From a virus (Duplodnaviria; Caudoviricetes): 64,000 nucleotides of DNA. The position numbers were made by a program, and so were the translations under genes. This document shows, piece after piece, positions 52,468 to 60,793 of this stretch (positions are counted from its first letter, which is position 1; the number at the start of each line of letters is the position of its first letter). The notes beneath the pieces are model-generated. The model worked only from the letters and a program-made list of their open reading frames with translations. It was not told the origin of the DNA and searched no databases. The stretch spans positions 1 to 64,000 of the IMG/VR virus record IMGVR_UViG_3300037400_002591. The stretch is one strand, 5' to 3'.

Positions 52468-52797
52468 ATGGAAAATTTAAAATGGTATGTTTTAAATTAT
52501 GATTTTAATGGAAAAAAAATAGAAAATTTTAACATTTTTAGAAGTGTTAGATTTGTAGAAGGCGTTCAAGATTTATTAGAACATTATATTACTTTTGAAG
52601 ATTTTGTTGAAAAATTAGAAAGTGAACTTAGATATGCTTTCTGGAGTAAAAGAGAGTATGAAATATCAGTTAGTGATGCTTTTGAAACTGACTTAAATAA
52701 ATATGAAAAAATAGATGTATATTCTCAAGTTAAACCAAATGTGAGAATATTAGCAAAATATATAATAGACAACTATAACGATGGGCTAAGCTGCTAA
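52468..52797 (+). CDS. hypothetical protein
   Basis: RBS before MENLKWYV. Confidence 0.6.
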   Translation: MENLKWYVLNYDFNGKKIENFNIFRSVRFVEGVQDLLEHYITFEDFVEKLESELRYAFWSKREYEISVSDAFETDLNKYEKIDVYSQVKPNVRILAKYIIDNYNDGLSC

Positions 52798-53126
52798 GTG
52801 CCTAAACCTATCTAAAGTAGCGTTTATGAGGTCATTGCCAATAGGGCTGATAGGAGTCGCTATTAAGTGATGAACTCGTATATAAGCGGAAGAGATAAAA
52901 CTTTGTTATAAATAGTAGAAAATTCTCATATTATCGATCTCGAACTCTTCCGCTTATACACGAGGTCATCCTGATATCGAGATAAAATATCGTGTGCATC
53001 TAGTATTGGAATATGTTTAAAATGGGACACAAAGCATATTCGTTCTAATTTATTAACACAACTCGATTATATGTGCGTAATAAATTAACTAGATGCTATT
53101 TTTATAGAATAAAGGAGCTGATTATA

Positions 53127-53543
53127 ATGATTTTAAAATTAAATAAGTATTTAAAAGAATTAGGTATAGATGAACATAATTGGCTTTTTGATAAAGAAAC
53201 ACAAGAAATAGATGATAGATATAAACCTGATGAAGAAGGATTTGTAGATGCAGAACATTTTAATTTAGATTATTCATTAAGTTTATATATTTATTCACAA
53301 TTATGCTATTTCCGCGACCATTGTTTAGTAGGACATCCTGCTTATATGACTTTTGAACAATGGAAAGATATTATTGATAAAATGATTGAAGCATTTAAAC
53401 TTCAAATATTAGAAGATAATACTTGGGATAGATTTCAATATCCTAATGAGGCGGAAAGAGTTAAAGCAAGTAAAAACAGACAAAAAAAGATTAATTATGG
53501 TATGAGATTATTTATTAAATACTATAATCATCTTTGGTATTAA
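53127..53543 (+). CDS. hypothetical protein
   Basis: AAGGAG RBS before MILKLNK. Confidence 0.6.
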   Translation: MILKLNKYLKELGIDEHNWLFDKETQEIDDRYKPDEEGFVDAEHFNLDYSLSLYIYSQLCYFRDHCLVGHPAYMTFEQWKDIIDKMIEAFKLQILEDNTWDRFQYPNEAERVKASKNRQKKINYGMRLFIKYYNHLWY

Positions 53544-53547
53544 TTCT

Positions 53548-53638
53548 GCGAAGTTGGGTGAGTTGGCTTAAACCAGCAGTTTGCTAAACTGCCGATCGAG
53601 TTTTCGGTCCACTAGTTCGAATCTAGTACTTCGCGCCA
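53548..53638 (+). tRNA. tRNA-Ser(GCT)
   Basis: GCAGT-TTGCTAA-ACTGC, long variable arm, G73. Confidence 0.92.
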
Positions 53639-53639
53639 T

Positions 53640-53715
53640 GGGTCGTTAGCTCAGTTGGTAGAGCACAGCACTTTTAATGCTGGGGTCCAGAGTTCAAACC
53701 TCTGACGACCCACCA
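53640..53715 (+). tRNA. tRNA-Lys(TTT)
   Basis: CAGCA-CTTTTAA-TGCTG, CCA. Confidence 0.93.
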
Positions 53716-53718
53716 TAT

Positions 53719-53810
53719 GCCGCGATGGCAGAGCTTGGCTTATTGCACCTGACTTGAAATCAGGCGTACGTGCAAGCGTACCGAGGGTTCAAATCCTTCT
53801 CGCGGCGCCA
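53719..53810 (+). tRNA. tRNA-Ser(TGA)
   Basis: CCTGA-CTTGAAA-TCAGG, long variable arm. Confidence 0.92.
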
Positions 53811-53922
53811 TTTGATTATAACTTGCAAAAGATAGATTAGAGTAATTAACTAATTGAAAGCCACTACTCTCGGTTTCTTTTGCAAGATAATATAATATTA
53901 GAGAGTAGAGAGGAGAGTAAAT

Positions 53923-54339
53923 ATGGCATTATATAATGCAATACAAGGTAATTTAGGACTTGGTAAAGCAATAGAATATTTTACAAGTCAAAATATTCCT
54001 GTTGCTATTCCATTAAATGATACTCAAAAATATGATATTGTTGCTGATTTTGATGGAAAACTTCAAAAAATATCTATAAAAACAAGTAGGTATCAACCAA
54101 GAGAAAATGTTTTTGAAGTGATGTTAAAAAATACAGGTGGTAGTTCTGGAAATAATAAAATTAGATTATTTGACAATAATAATTGTGATTATATTTTTAT
54201 TTATACTGCTAATGAAGATTTATATTTAATTCCATCTAAAGAAATAACTGCAACAAATTCTATTTGTGTAGGAAATAAATATGTTGAATATAAAGTATTT
54301 ATAAAAACATTGTCAGATTTTGATGAAGAAGTCAGATAA
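53923..54339 (+). CDS. free-standing PD-(D/E)XK endonuclease (same family as 46455..46892)
   Basis: QGNLG..YDIVAD..KISIKTS..CDYIF..YLIP. Confidence 0.8.
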   Translation: MALYNAIQGNLGLGKAIEYFTSQNIPVAIPLNDTQKYDIVADFDGKLQKISIKTSRYQPRENVFEVMLKNTGGSSGNNKIRLFDNNNCDYIFIYTANEDLYLIPSKEITATNSICVGNKYVEYKVFIKTLSDFDEEVR

Positions 54340-54407
54340 TTTTATCTATTATTGATTTTAATAAAAATATATGATATAATAATTATATAATAAAGGAAGT
54401 GAATGAA

Positions 54408-54821
54408 ATGAGATTATGGCATACAAAATTAATTAAAGCATTACCAAATATGCATTTACAAGCACAATGGAGAGAACTATCTGCTATTGCAGGGGCTATT
54501 CAAAAGAATGGAACTCCAAATCATGTTTTGGTAAACTTTGTATTAGATTATGATTATGATAATTTTATTTCTTATGCTTATTATATAAGACAAGAAATGA
54601 CTAATAGGGGTATTAGAACTATGAATTCAGTATGGGAAAAGATTATTAGTTTAAAACCTGATTATACTATTTTACCTATTGAAGAAGTATATAAAGAAAA
54701 AATGGACAAACTATATTTAAAAATATGTTATTATAACCTATTTGAAAAATATATTTGTGGTATGTTTGATGATATTACTCCTATTAATGACGCTGTTAAA
54801 GATATGGTGGAATTAGTATAA
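54408..54821 (+). CDS. pyrimidine-dimer DNA glycosylase-like (DenV family) protein
   Basis: MRLWH..L...HLQAQWREL. Confidence 0.65.
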   Translation: MRLWHTKLIKALPNMHLQAQWRELSAIAGAIQKNGTPNHVLVNFVLDYDYDNFISYAYYIRQEMTNRGIRTMNSVWEKIISLKPDYTILPIEEVYKEKMDKLYLKICYYNLFEKYICGMFDDITPINDAVKDMVELV

Positions 54822-54881
54822 TGGTTAGTACGCGGGTTTGTGGCACCTGAGGTAGGGGTTCAATTCCCTTATTCCACCCCA
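54806..54881 (+). tRNA. tRNA-His(GTG)
   Basis: G-1:C73, CGGGT-TTGTGGC-ACCTG. Confidence 0.92.
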
Positions 54882-54882
54882 T

Positions 54883-54968
54883 GCGGGGTTAGCCGAATTG
54901 GTATAGGCACGAGTCTTAGAAACTCGCGGGTTCGCCCATTACAGGTTCAAGTCCTGTATCCCGCACCA
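54883..54968 (+). tRNA. tRNA-Leu(TAG)
   Basis: CGAGT-CTTAGAA-ACTCG, variable arm. Confidence 0.92.
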
Positions 54969-54976
54969 TTATATTT

Positions 54977-55052
54977 GGCTAGGTAGCTCAGTTGGTAGAG
55001 CATCAGACTGAAAATCTGAGTGTCGGCTGTTCAATCCAGCCCCTAGCCACCA
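54977..55052 (+). tRNA. tRNA-Phe(GAA)
   Basis: TCAGA-CTGAAAA-TCTGA. Confidence 0.93.
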
Positions 55053-55053
55053 T

Positions 55054-55140
55054 GCGGGAGTGGCGGAATGGTAGACGCAACGGACTTAAAATCCGTTGGG
55101 ACCTAGTCCCGTGAGGGTTCAAGTCCCTCTTCCCGCACCA
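55054..55140 (+). tRNA. tRNA-Leu(TAA)
   Basis: ACGGA-CTTAAAA-TCCGT, variable arm. Confidence 0.93.
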
Positions 55141-55191
55141 TTAAATTTGTTTTTAAAGTTTTTTATCTTTTTAGATTTTACAGAAAGGTAA

Positions 55192-56121
55192 ATGGGTATA
55201 TATATGAATACACATTGGCTTAAAGTATTTTTAGTTAGTTTATTGCTTACAATTTGTATAGTTGGAGGAATATTTCTAGCAATGCAAAAGACAAAAAGTA
55301 AAAATACAGCATTAGAATTACAAAATTTTGAGACAAAAATATTAGATGAACACAAACAAAAATTAACTGGACAGGGATATGAAGAAGTATCTTATGAATT
55401 AAATAAAATCATTCAAGAAATGCAAAAAAATAATATGGTATATAGACCATCAGTTAATTTAAACAACAGCATTAAAGATACAGTTATTAAAAAATATGAT
55501 TTTTATGCAACTTATTATAAAATTACAATAGATGATAAAGATTATATATTTAAAAATAAAGAAAAATGTGAAGAGTTCATTAATAATATTCAGCAATACA
55601 CTAGCCAAAAATATGAAATGACTACTGCAAGATTAATGGTGAATAAAGAAACATCTGATGAAGATTTAACAAATATAATTGCGGATAAAAAAGCAGCATA
55701 TGAAAAGGCTAAAGCAGAAGAAGAAGCTAGAAAAAAAGCTGAACAAGAAGCTGCTGCCGCAAAAAAGAGACAACAGCAACAGCAACAAAATGTTTCTCCT
55801 GCTACTTCAGGAAGCAAAGCCGAATATCAACAGTATGCTCATGATTTAGTAATTAACACATATGGATGGTCAGAACATGACTTCCAATGTTTAGTTAATT
55901 TATGGGAGAGAGAAAGCGGATGGAATCCAAATTCTCACAACAAGTCTTCAGGGGCTCATGGTATTCCACAATCTTTACCTGCTTCAAAAATGGCAAGTGA
56001 AGGTGCAGATTATTACACTAATGGATATACTCAAATTAGATGGGGATTAAAATATATCAAAGGAAGATATGGTTCACCAGCTAATGCATGGAGTCATTTC
56101 CAATCAAAAAATTGGTATTAG
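55192..56121 (+). CDS. membrane-anchored lytic transglycosylase (SLT/Rpf-like C-terminus)
   Basis: N-terminal TM; Ala/Gln linker; LWERESGWNP..SSGAHGIPQ..NGYTQI.WG..YI..RYGSP..AW. Confidence 0.85.
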   Translation: MGIYMNTHWLKVFLVSLLLTICIVGGIFLAMQKTKSKNTALELQNFETKILDEHKQKLTGQGYEEVSYELNKIIQEMQKNNMVYRPSVNLNNSIKDTVIKKYDFYATYYKITIDDKDYIFKNKEKCEEFINNIQQYTSQKYEMTTARLMVNKETSDEDLTNIIADKKAAYEKAKAEEEARKKAEQEAAAAKKRQQQQQQNVSPATSGSKAEYQQYAHDLVINTYGWSEHDFQCLVNLWERESGWNPNSHNKSSGAHGIPQSLPASKMASEGADYYTNGYTQIRWGLKYIKGRYGSPANAWSHFQSKNWY

Positions 56122-56128
56122 CCCAAGT

Positions 56129-56205
56129 GGCGGCGTAGCTCAGTTGGCTAGAGCATCCCGTTCATACCGGGAAGGTCGTAGGTTCGAGCCCTACCGCCGC
56201 TACCA
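56129..56205 (+). tRNA. elongator tRNA-Met(CAT)
   Basis: GGCGGCG acceptor, TCCCG-TTCATAC-CGGGA; Ile2 identity not excluded. Confidence 0.88.
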
Positions 56206-56210
56206 AATAT

Positions 56211-56283
56211 ATAGATATAGTTTAATAGTAAAACTACCGCTTGATACACGGTAATAGAAGTGCAATTCTTCTTATCTATGCCA
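56211..56283 (+). tRNA. atypical tRNA (GAT-centred loop, A1:U72, G73, CCA)
   Basis: ATAGATA/TATCTAT acceptor; TACCG-CTTGATACA-CGGTA; non-canonical TGCAATT T loop. Confidence 0.55.
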
Positions 56284-56565
56284 TTGAACTTTTATAACTA
56301 TTTTAAATCTAAGCGTAATCCGGTATGGAGCGATAAAGACCTAAGGGCGTGTCCTATGGTAACTTGGAGTAAAGTATTAAGTGAAAATCTTAATTGGGAT
56401 GTGGCTATTGAAGAAATAAGATAGCGATGGTAAATATTATAAAGGGGAAATGATATATATTTCTACAAGAATTGAAGGAAGGAACGCCTTTAGTTACAAG
56501 TGCGGTGAGGCGCAGACGGTATTAAAACACTGGTTGTGGAGATATTTGTTTAGAGATATATATTT

Positions 56566-56642
56566 GCGGGACTAGCTCAGTTGGTTAGAGCACTTGCCTT
56601 ACAAGCAAGGGGTCGGGAGTTCGAGCCTCTCGTCCCGCACCA
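56566..56642 (+). tRNA. tRNA-Val(TAC)
   Basis: CTTGC-CTTACAA-GCAAG. Confidence 0.93.
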
Positions 56643-56667
56643 TTTAATTTTGTTGAAGAAGGAAGAT

Positions 56668-56820
56668 ATGTATATGAAAAAGTCGTATTGTGAATTAGAA
56701 ATTTATGCTGAAAGAAGATATATCGCATATAGTTATAGTAAACACTATATAAAGGCACTTTATTGGCTTTTGAAATATAAATATTATAAAAAAAGACACG
56801 AACAGCAATTTAATAGTTAG
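56668..56820 (+). CDS. small hypothetical protein
   Basis: 50 aa; stop lies inside small RNA copy 4. Confidence 0.4.
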   Translation: MYMKKSYCELEIYAERRYIAYSYSKHYIKALYWLLKYKYYKKRHEQQFNS

Positions 56821-56867
56821 GATAGCGCCATTATCACCAATCTGCTAAATTGGAAAAATGTGTCTTG
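56793..56867 (+). ncRNA. stem+ACAGCAA small RNA, copy 4
   Basis: AAGACAC-GA-ACAGCAA..GATA-GCGCCAT-TATC..CCAAT-CTGCTAA-ATTGG..GTGTCTT-G. Confidence 0.65.
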
Positions 56868-56872
56868 AATAT

Positions 56873-56949
56873 CGGGGAGTAGCGTAACTTGGTATCGCAC
56901 TTGGTTTGGGACCAAGGGGTTGCAGGTTCAAATCCTGTCTCCCCGACCA
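56873..56949 (+). tRNA. tRNA-Pro(TGG)
   Basis: CTTGG-TTTGGGA-CCAAG. Confidence 0.93.
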
Positions 56950-56950
56950 T

Positions 56951-57026
56951 GCCTCAGTAGCTCAGTTGGTAGAGCAAGCGGCTGTTAACCGCTGGGTCGC
57001 ACGTTCAAGTCGTGCCTGAGGCGCCA
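56951..57026 (+). tRNA. tRNA-Asn(GTT)
   Basis: AGCGG-CTGTTAA-CCGCT, G73. Confidence 0.93.
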
Positions 57027-57101
57027 TTATTATTTTTTGGATAAAAATTAAAAAATAACTCATTACTATTTTGATATATAAATAGAAGGAGATGAGTTAA
57101 A

Positions 57102-57665
57102 ATGCCAAAAGCTTTAGATTTAACAAATAAAAAATTTGGAAAATTAACTGCAATCAAAAAATTACCTAGTAAAAAAGGAAAAACATATTGACTATGTCGT
57201 TGTGATTGTGGAGTTGAAAAAGAAGTTCAAACAGGTCATTTAACACATGGATTAATAACATCTTGTGGAGCAACAACTTGTAAAACTCAAATATTAAAAG
57301 AATATGAAAAGAAATGTTTAATTTGCAATAAAACATTTATTACTAATTATAATAACAGGTTATATTGTTATGAATGCAGTCCGTCTCAGAATAAGAATGA
57401 TGCTAGTTTATATCAAAAAACTAAAAAAAGAGCAATTAAACATCAATTAATTCTTTATAAAGGTGGGAAATGTGAAAAATGTGGATATAATAAATGCGAA
57501 GGAGCTTTGCAGTTTCATCATGTAAATCCACAAGAAAAAGATTTTACTATAGGTGAAATCAATATTAATAAAAACAATTTTCAAATGGAATTATTATATA
57601 AAGAAGTTGATAAATGTAAACTTTTATGTGCTAATTGTCATGCTGAAGAACATTTTGAAAATTAG
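57102..57665 (+). CDS. HNH homing endonuclease (1 TGA-Trp)
   Basis: DLTNKKFGKL..Y(W)LCRCDCG; CEKCGY..LQFHH..LLCANCHAEEH; missing from track. Confidence 0.85.
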
Positions 57666-57674
57666 TTTTTCTAT

Positions 57675-57750
57675 GTCCCGTTAGCATAACGGATAATGCA
57701 ATGACCTTCTAAGTCATCGATTTCAAGTTCGAATCTTGAACGGGACACCA
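57675..57750 (+). tRNA. tRNA-Arg(TCT)
   Basis: ATGAC-CTTCTAA-GTCAT. Confidence 0.92.
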
Positions 57751-57776
57751 TATTTAATAAATGTAGGAGGTAAGGT

Positions 57777-57986
57777 ATGGATAATATAAAAACAACTCCA
57801 ACTAAAAATCTAATTCATATCTTATGCGAAGCTACAGACCAAAACATAACCAATATAATTGCTTATGAATTAGCTTGCAGAATATATGTTCCAGATAATA
57901 ATCAAGGAGTAACATTTGAACAATTATTAAATGATTTTGGTTATAAAACAAAAGAAGAAGATATAAGACAATTAAAAAGAAAATAA
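57777..57986 (+). CDS. hypothetical protein
   Basis: GGAGG RBS. Confidence 0.6.
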   Translation: MDNIKTTPTKNLIHILCEATDQNITNIIAYELACRIYVPDNNQGVTFEQLLNDFGYKTKEEDIRQLKRK

Positions 57987-57992
57987 TTAAAT

Positions 57993-58079
57993 GGGCGGGC
58001 GCCGGAGTGGGAGAGCCGGGGCGGACTGTAAATCCGTTGACCTAGGTCTGAGGTGGTTCGAATCCACCGCCGCCCACCA
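57993..58079 (+). tRNA. tRNA-Tyr(GTA)
   Basis: GCGGA-CTGTAAA-TCCGT, variable arm. Confidence 0.92.
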
Positions 58080-58311
58080 TTAAATTAGATGGCACGTTAT
58101 TCTAGTCATCTGCAAATTATTGCTATTGAAATAATCTAGGACGATTTCATAAAAGTTTAGAGTGTAGACTAAGTGGTAATCAAGTCGCGATCATCCGATC
58201 GCCGCAAGATTAAAACGAAAGTGCAATTCTGGTAACGGAATGTTCTTAGCGAGGAAAACTTACTTGACCTAAGCTGCAATGTTATTTTTATTGAAAGCCA
58301 TCTAAAATTTT

Positions 58312-58340
58312 TTGACAAAGTGAAAAATTTTTGATATAAT
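58312..58340 (+). promoter_or_regulatory. consensus promoter of small RNA copy 5
   Basis: TTGACA-17-TATAAT. Confidence 0.85.
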
Positions 58341-58358
58341 ATAAATGTAAAATAAAGT

Positions 58359-58515
58359 TAGACAAGAGAACAGCAATTAGTTAATTAACAAACAGTTAGT
58401 GAATATTAAGTGGTACTAATAACAACTCTCTTGGAGAGCGTAGAAGGGAATATCTGTTATGGGATATTGGGGTATTCCTCTAACGAAAGCAATTTAGAAT
58501 ATTCTTCTTGTCTAG
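58359..58515 (+). ncRNA. stem+ACAGCAA small RNA, copy 5 (long form)
   Basis: TAGACAAGA-GA-ACAGCAA...TCTTGTCTA-G between its own promoter and terminator. Confidence 0.7.
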
Positions 58516-58564
58516 ATTTTTCATTCATTCCCTTTCAATGGACTTTGTAATAAGTCCAATATAT

Positions 58565-58607
58565 GCGGAAACCTTTAATTAATATATAGGGTTTCCGCGA
58601 TTTTTTT
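58565..58607 (+). terminator. intrinsic terminator
   Basis: GCGGAAACC/GGTTTCCGC + T run. Confidence 0.75.
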
Positions 58608-58611
58608 ATGC

Positions 58612-58650
58612 AAAAAAAAGAAGCGACTATATTATTTTAGTCGCTATTTT
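58612..58650 (-). terminator. intrinsic terminator for the converging minus-strand module
   Basis: AGCGACTA/TAGTCGCT hairpin flanked by A and T runs. Confidence 0.7.
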
Positions 58651-60010
58651 TCATTAATGCGGTAGCATTTATAATAAAAGGTAAATTATTATTTTTTTGA
58701 TTTATGTTTGTTTGATTTTCTTTACTCTTTGTTTTATATATTTCTTCCAATTGATCTGTTAGAGTAGTATCTTCTATTAGAGTATTAGTTGGTGTTGCTA
58801 GTGGGAAATATACTTCTACATTATTATTTGATAACCAAGTTTTATAGTCAGCAACTGTGCTTTCTATTGCACTTAAATATATATATTTAGTTGTTCCTCA
58901 TTGTGAAAAACCAATAGTATTACTTGTAGGTGTAACTCCATTTTGAGCAGAACTTGTAAAACGATTACTATAACTAGGTGTTAGGTTTGATACACTTGAA
59001 GCAGTATTAATTAAGACATTTGCTATTTCAGTTACATTATTACTTGTATAACCAAATCTTTGTCCATTGTCATATATCGTTCCTCCACCTTCCGTACCAT
59101 TCAATACAACCTTACCTATCTCTTTATGTAAATACCATACTCCGTTATCTTTATAGATATAGTCTTGGTATGTTTCTATTTTACATAGTTCTATATCTCC
59201 TAAATATATAGGGTATGATTTATTTATATATGGTTCATAGGTATCATTTATATTTGACAATCTAAACATTGGTTTAAATACTTTACCACTAACATTAGTT
59301 CCACTATCAATTCCAATAACCATACTAATAGATTGTACATTTTCCGATATTGAAGGCATTGTTATTGTAAAAGAGTTACCTATATCTGTCATAAGATTTT
59401 TCCATGGCAATTCATGAAGTCTTAAATAATAAGTAACATTAGTTCCCCCACTCGGACAACCACTTAAAGTATAAGAACTACCTATCGTTATTTTATTTAA
59501 AAATTCACTTCTAGTGTATCTAGCAACTACAAAGGTAAGATTTCCTGTACAAGTTCCATTTAATTCTATTCTATCTAAAACTCCATTTATAAATACAGGC
59601 GTAATATCTATTCCATTTTTTGTAAATTTATTGCCAGATCAAGTTCCAGATGTATTCCATTCTTTCATTTGTTCAAAAGTTGAACCTAATAAATTTTTTC
59701 CATATATATCTATTGTATTATCTCCACTTACTACATTAACACCTATAGGTGAAGATGGCGTTGGTGTTCCATTTTGTGAAGTGTTTCCTTTTAATTGTAA
59801 ATTCATTTTACCTTTTTTAGTGTTTTCTAAATTAATGGTCGTATCTTCATCACTTATCTTTGGTCATTCTTCATATAAATTTTCAATTTTTTCTGCATAT
59901 TCTCTAAAAGTTGTTTCATTATCTATTTCAGAACCTAAATCATCTAATTTATCTTTAATTAAAGATTTAGTTTCATTTATATAATTTAATTTTTCATTTA
60001 TACTTGCCAT
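58637..60010 (-). CDS. tail-fibre/receptor-binding-like protein (3 TGA-Trp)
   Basis: 457 aa in code 4; QNGTPTPSSP..V.G.N....GKNL and IELCKI..YQDYI..WYLHK.IG motifs typical of phage tail proteins. Confidence 0.6.
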
Positions 60011-60011
60011 A

Positions 60012-60464
60012 TTAAATTACCTCCCCTGATATTTCATCAAGAGATGTTGATATATCTGCCATTTGATCATGATATTGAGAACCAACTCTCTTTAATAATA
60101 AAGTAAAGTTTTCATCATCTAACTCTGCGGTAAATGCATTTGAAGTTGTATTATCAATATATTCTGTGATTTCCGCTTTGTCCTCTTCTGTTCAATAATC
60201 TACACCTTTTTCAGGTTTAACAAAAGGAACTCCGCCAGCGTCGATAGTTGTGCCATCAGACATTGTACAAATTAAGCTTCCATCATCATCTATATTCATA
60301 TCTACTACCGAGACACCATCTGCAGGCTCTGGAACTGTTAATGTAACTTGAGAACTGTCATTAAGAGTAAAAATAATATCTAGTCCATCAACTTCAACAT
60401 TACTAAAACCTGCGGCAACTTTAGTAGCAAATTTCTTCGCTAATGCTAATGTTATAATATCCAT
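60012..60464 (-). CDS. virion-associated-like protein (1 TGA-Trp)
   Basis: Readthrough gives KGVDY(W)TEEDKAEI, a motif common in phage tail proteins. Confidence 0.6.
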
Positions 60465-60467
60465 ATC

Positions 60468-60647
60468 TTATTGCTCCTTTCATTCTTTTTTACTATTTAA
60501 AATAAACACTTGTTGTGTTGCAATTATATATGCTACACTTCCTGTAGCACATTCATATACTGGAATTGTAGATAATTCATCTAATGTATCTAAATAATAT
60601 TCTTTATAATTATAATCTACCCTTCCACCTTGTTTAACTATATACAT
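60468..60647 (-). CDS. small hypothetical protein (1 TGA-Trp)
   Basis: DTLDEL..C.TGSVAY..FILNSKKE(W)KEQ. Confidence 0.55.
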
Positions 60648-60793
60648 AATATACATCCTCCTTTTCTAAATCTATATAAAAATAAGGAAAAACATCTTAA
60701 TTAAATTCGTCCGAATTGACTACTTTAAAAAATAATGATATAATATATATATAAAATAAAAATCTTGAAAAAGATTAAGGAGGAAATGAAAAT

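Noticed and set aside
52800-53060. Hammerhead or theta/HDV-like ribozyme near tRNAs
   Set aside because: No CUGAnGA...GAAA core and no HDV-type nested pseudoknot found by eye here or directly 3' of the tRNAs I checked
55740-55790. CAGCAA repeats
   Set aside because: Encode the poly-Gln linker of the transglycosylase; not flanked by a terminal stem
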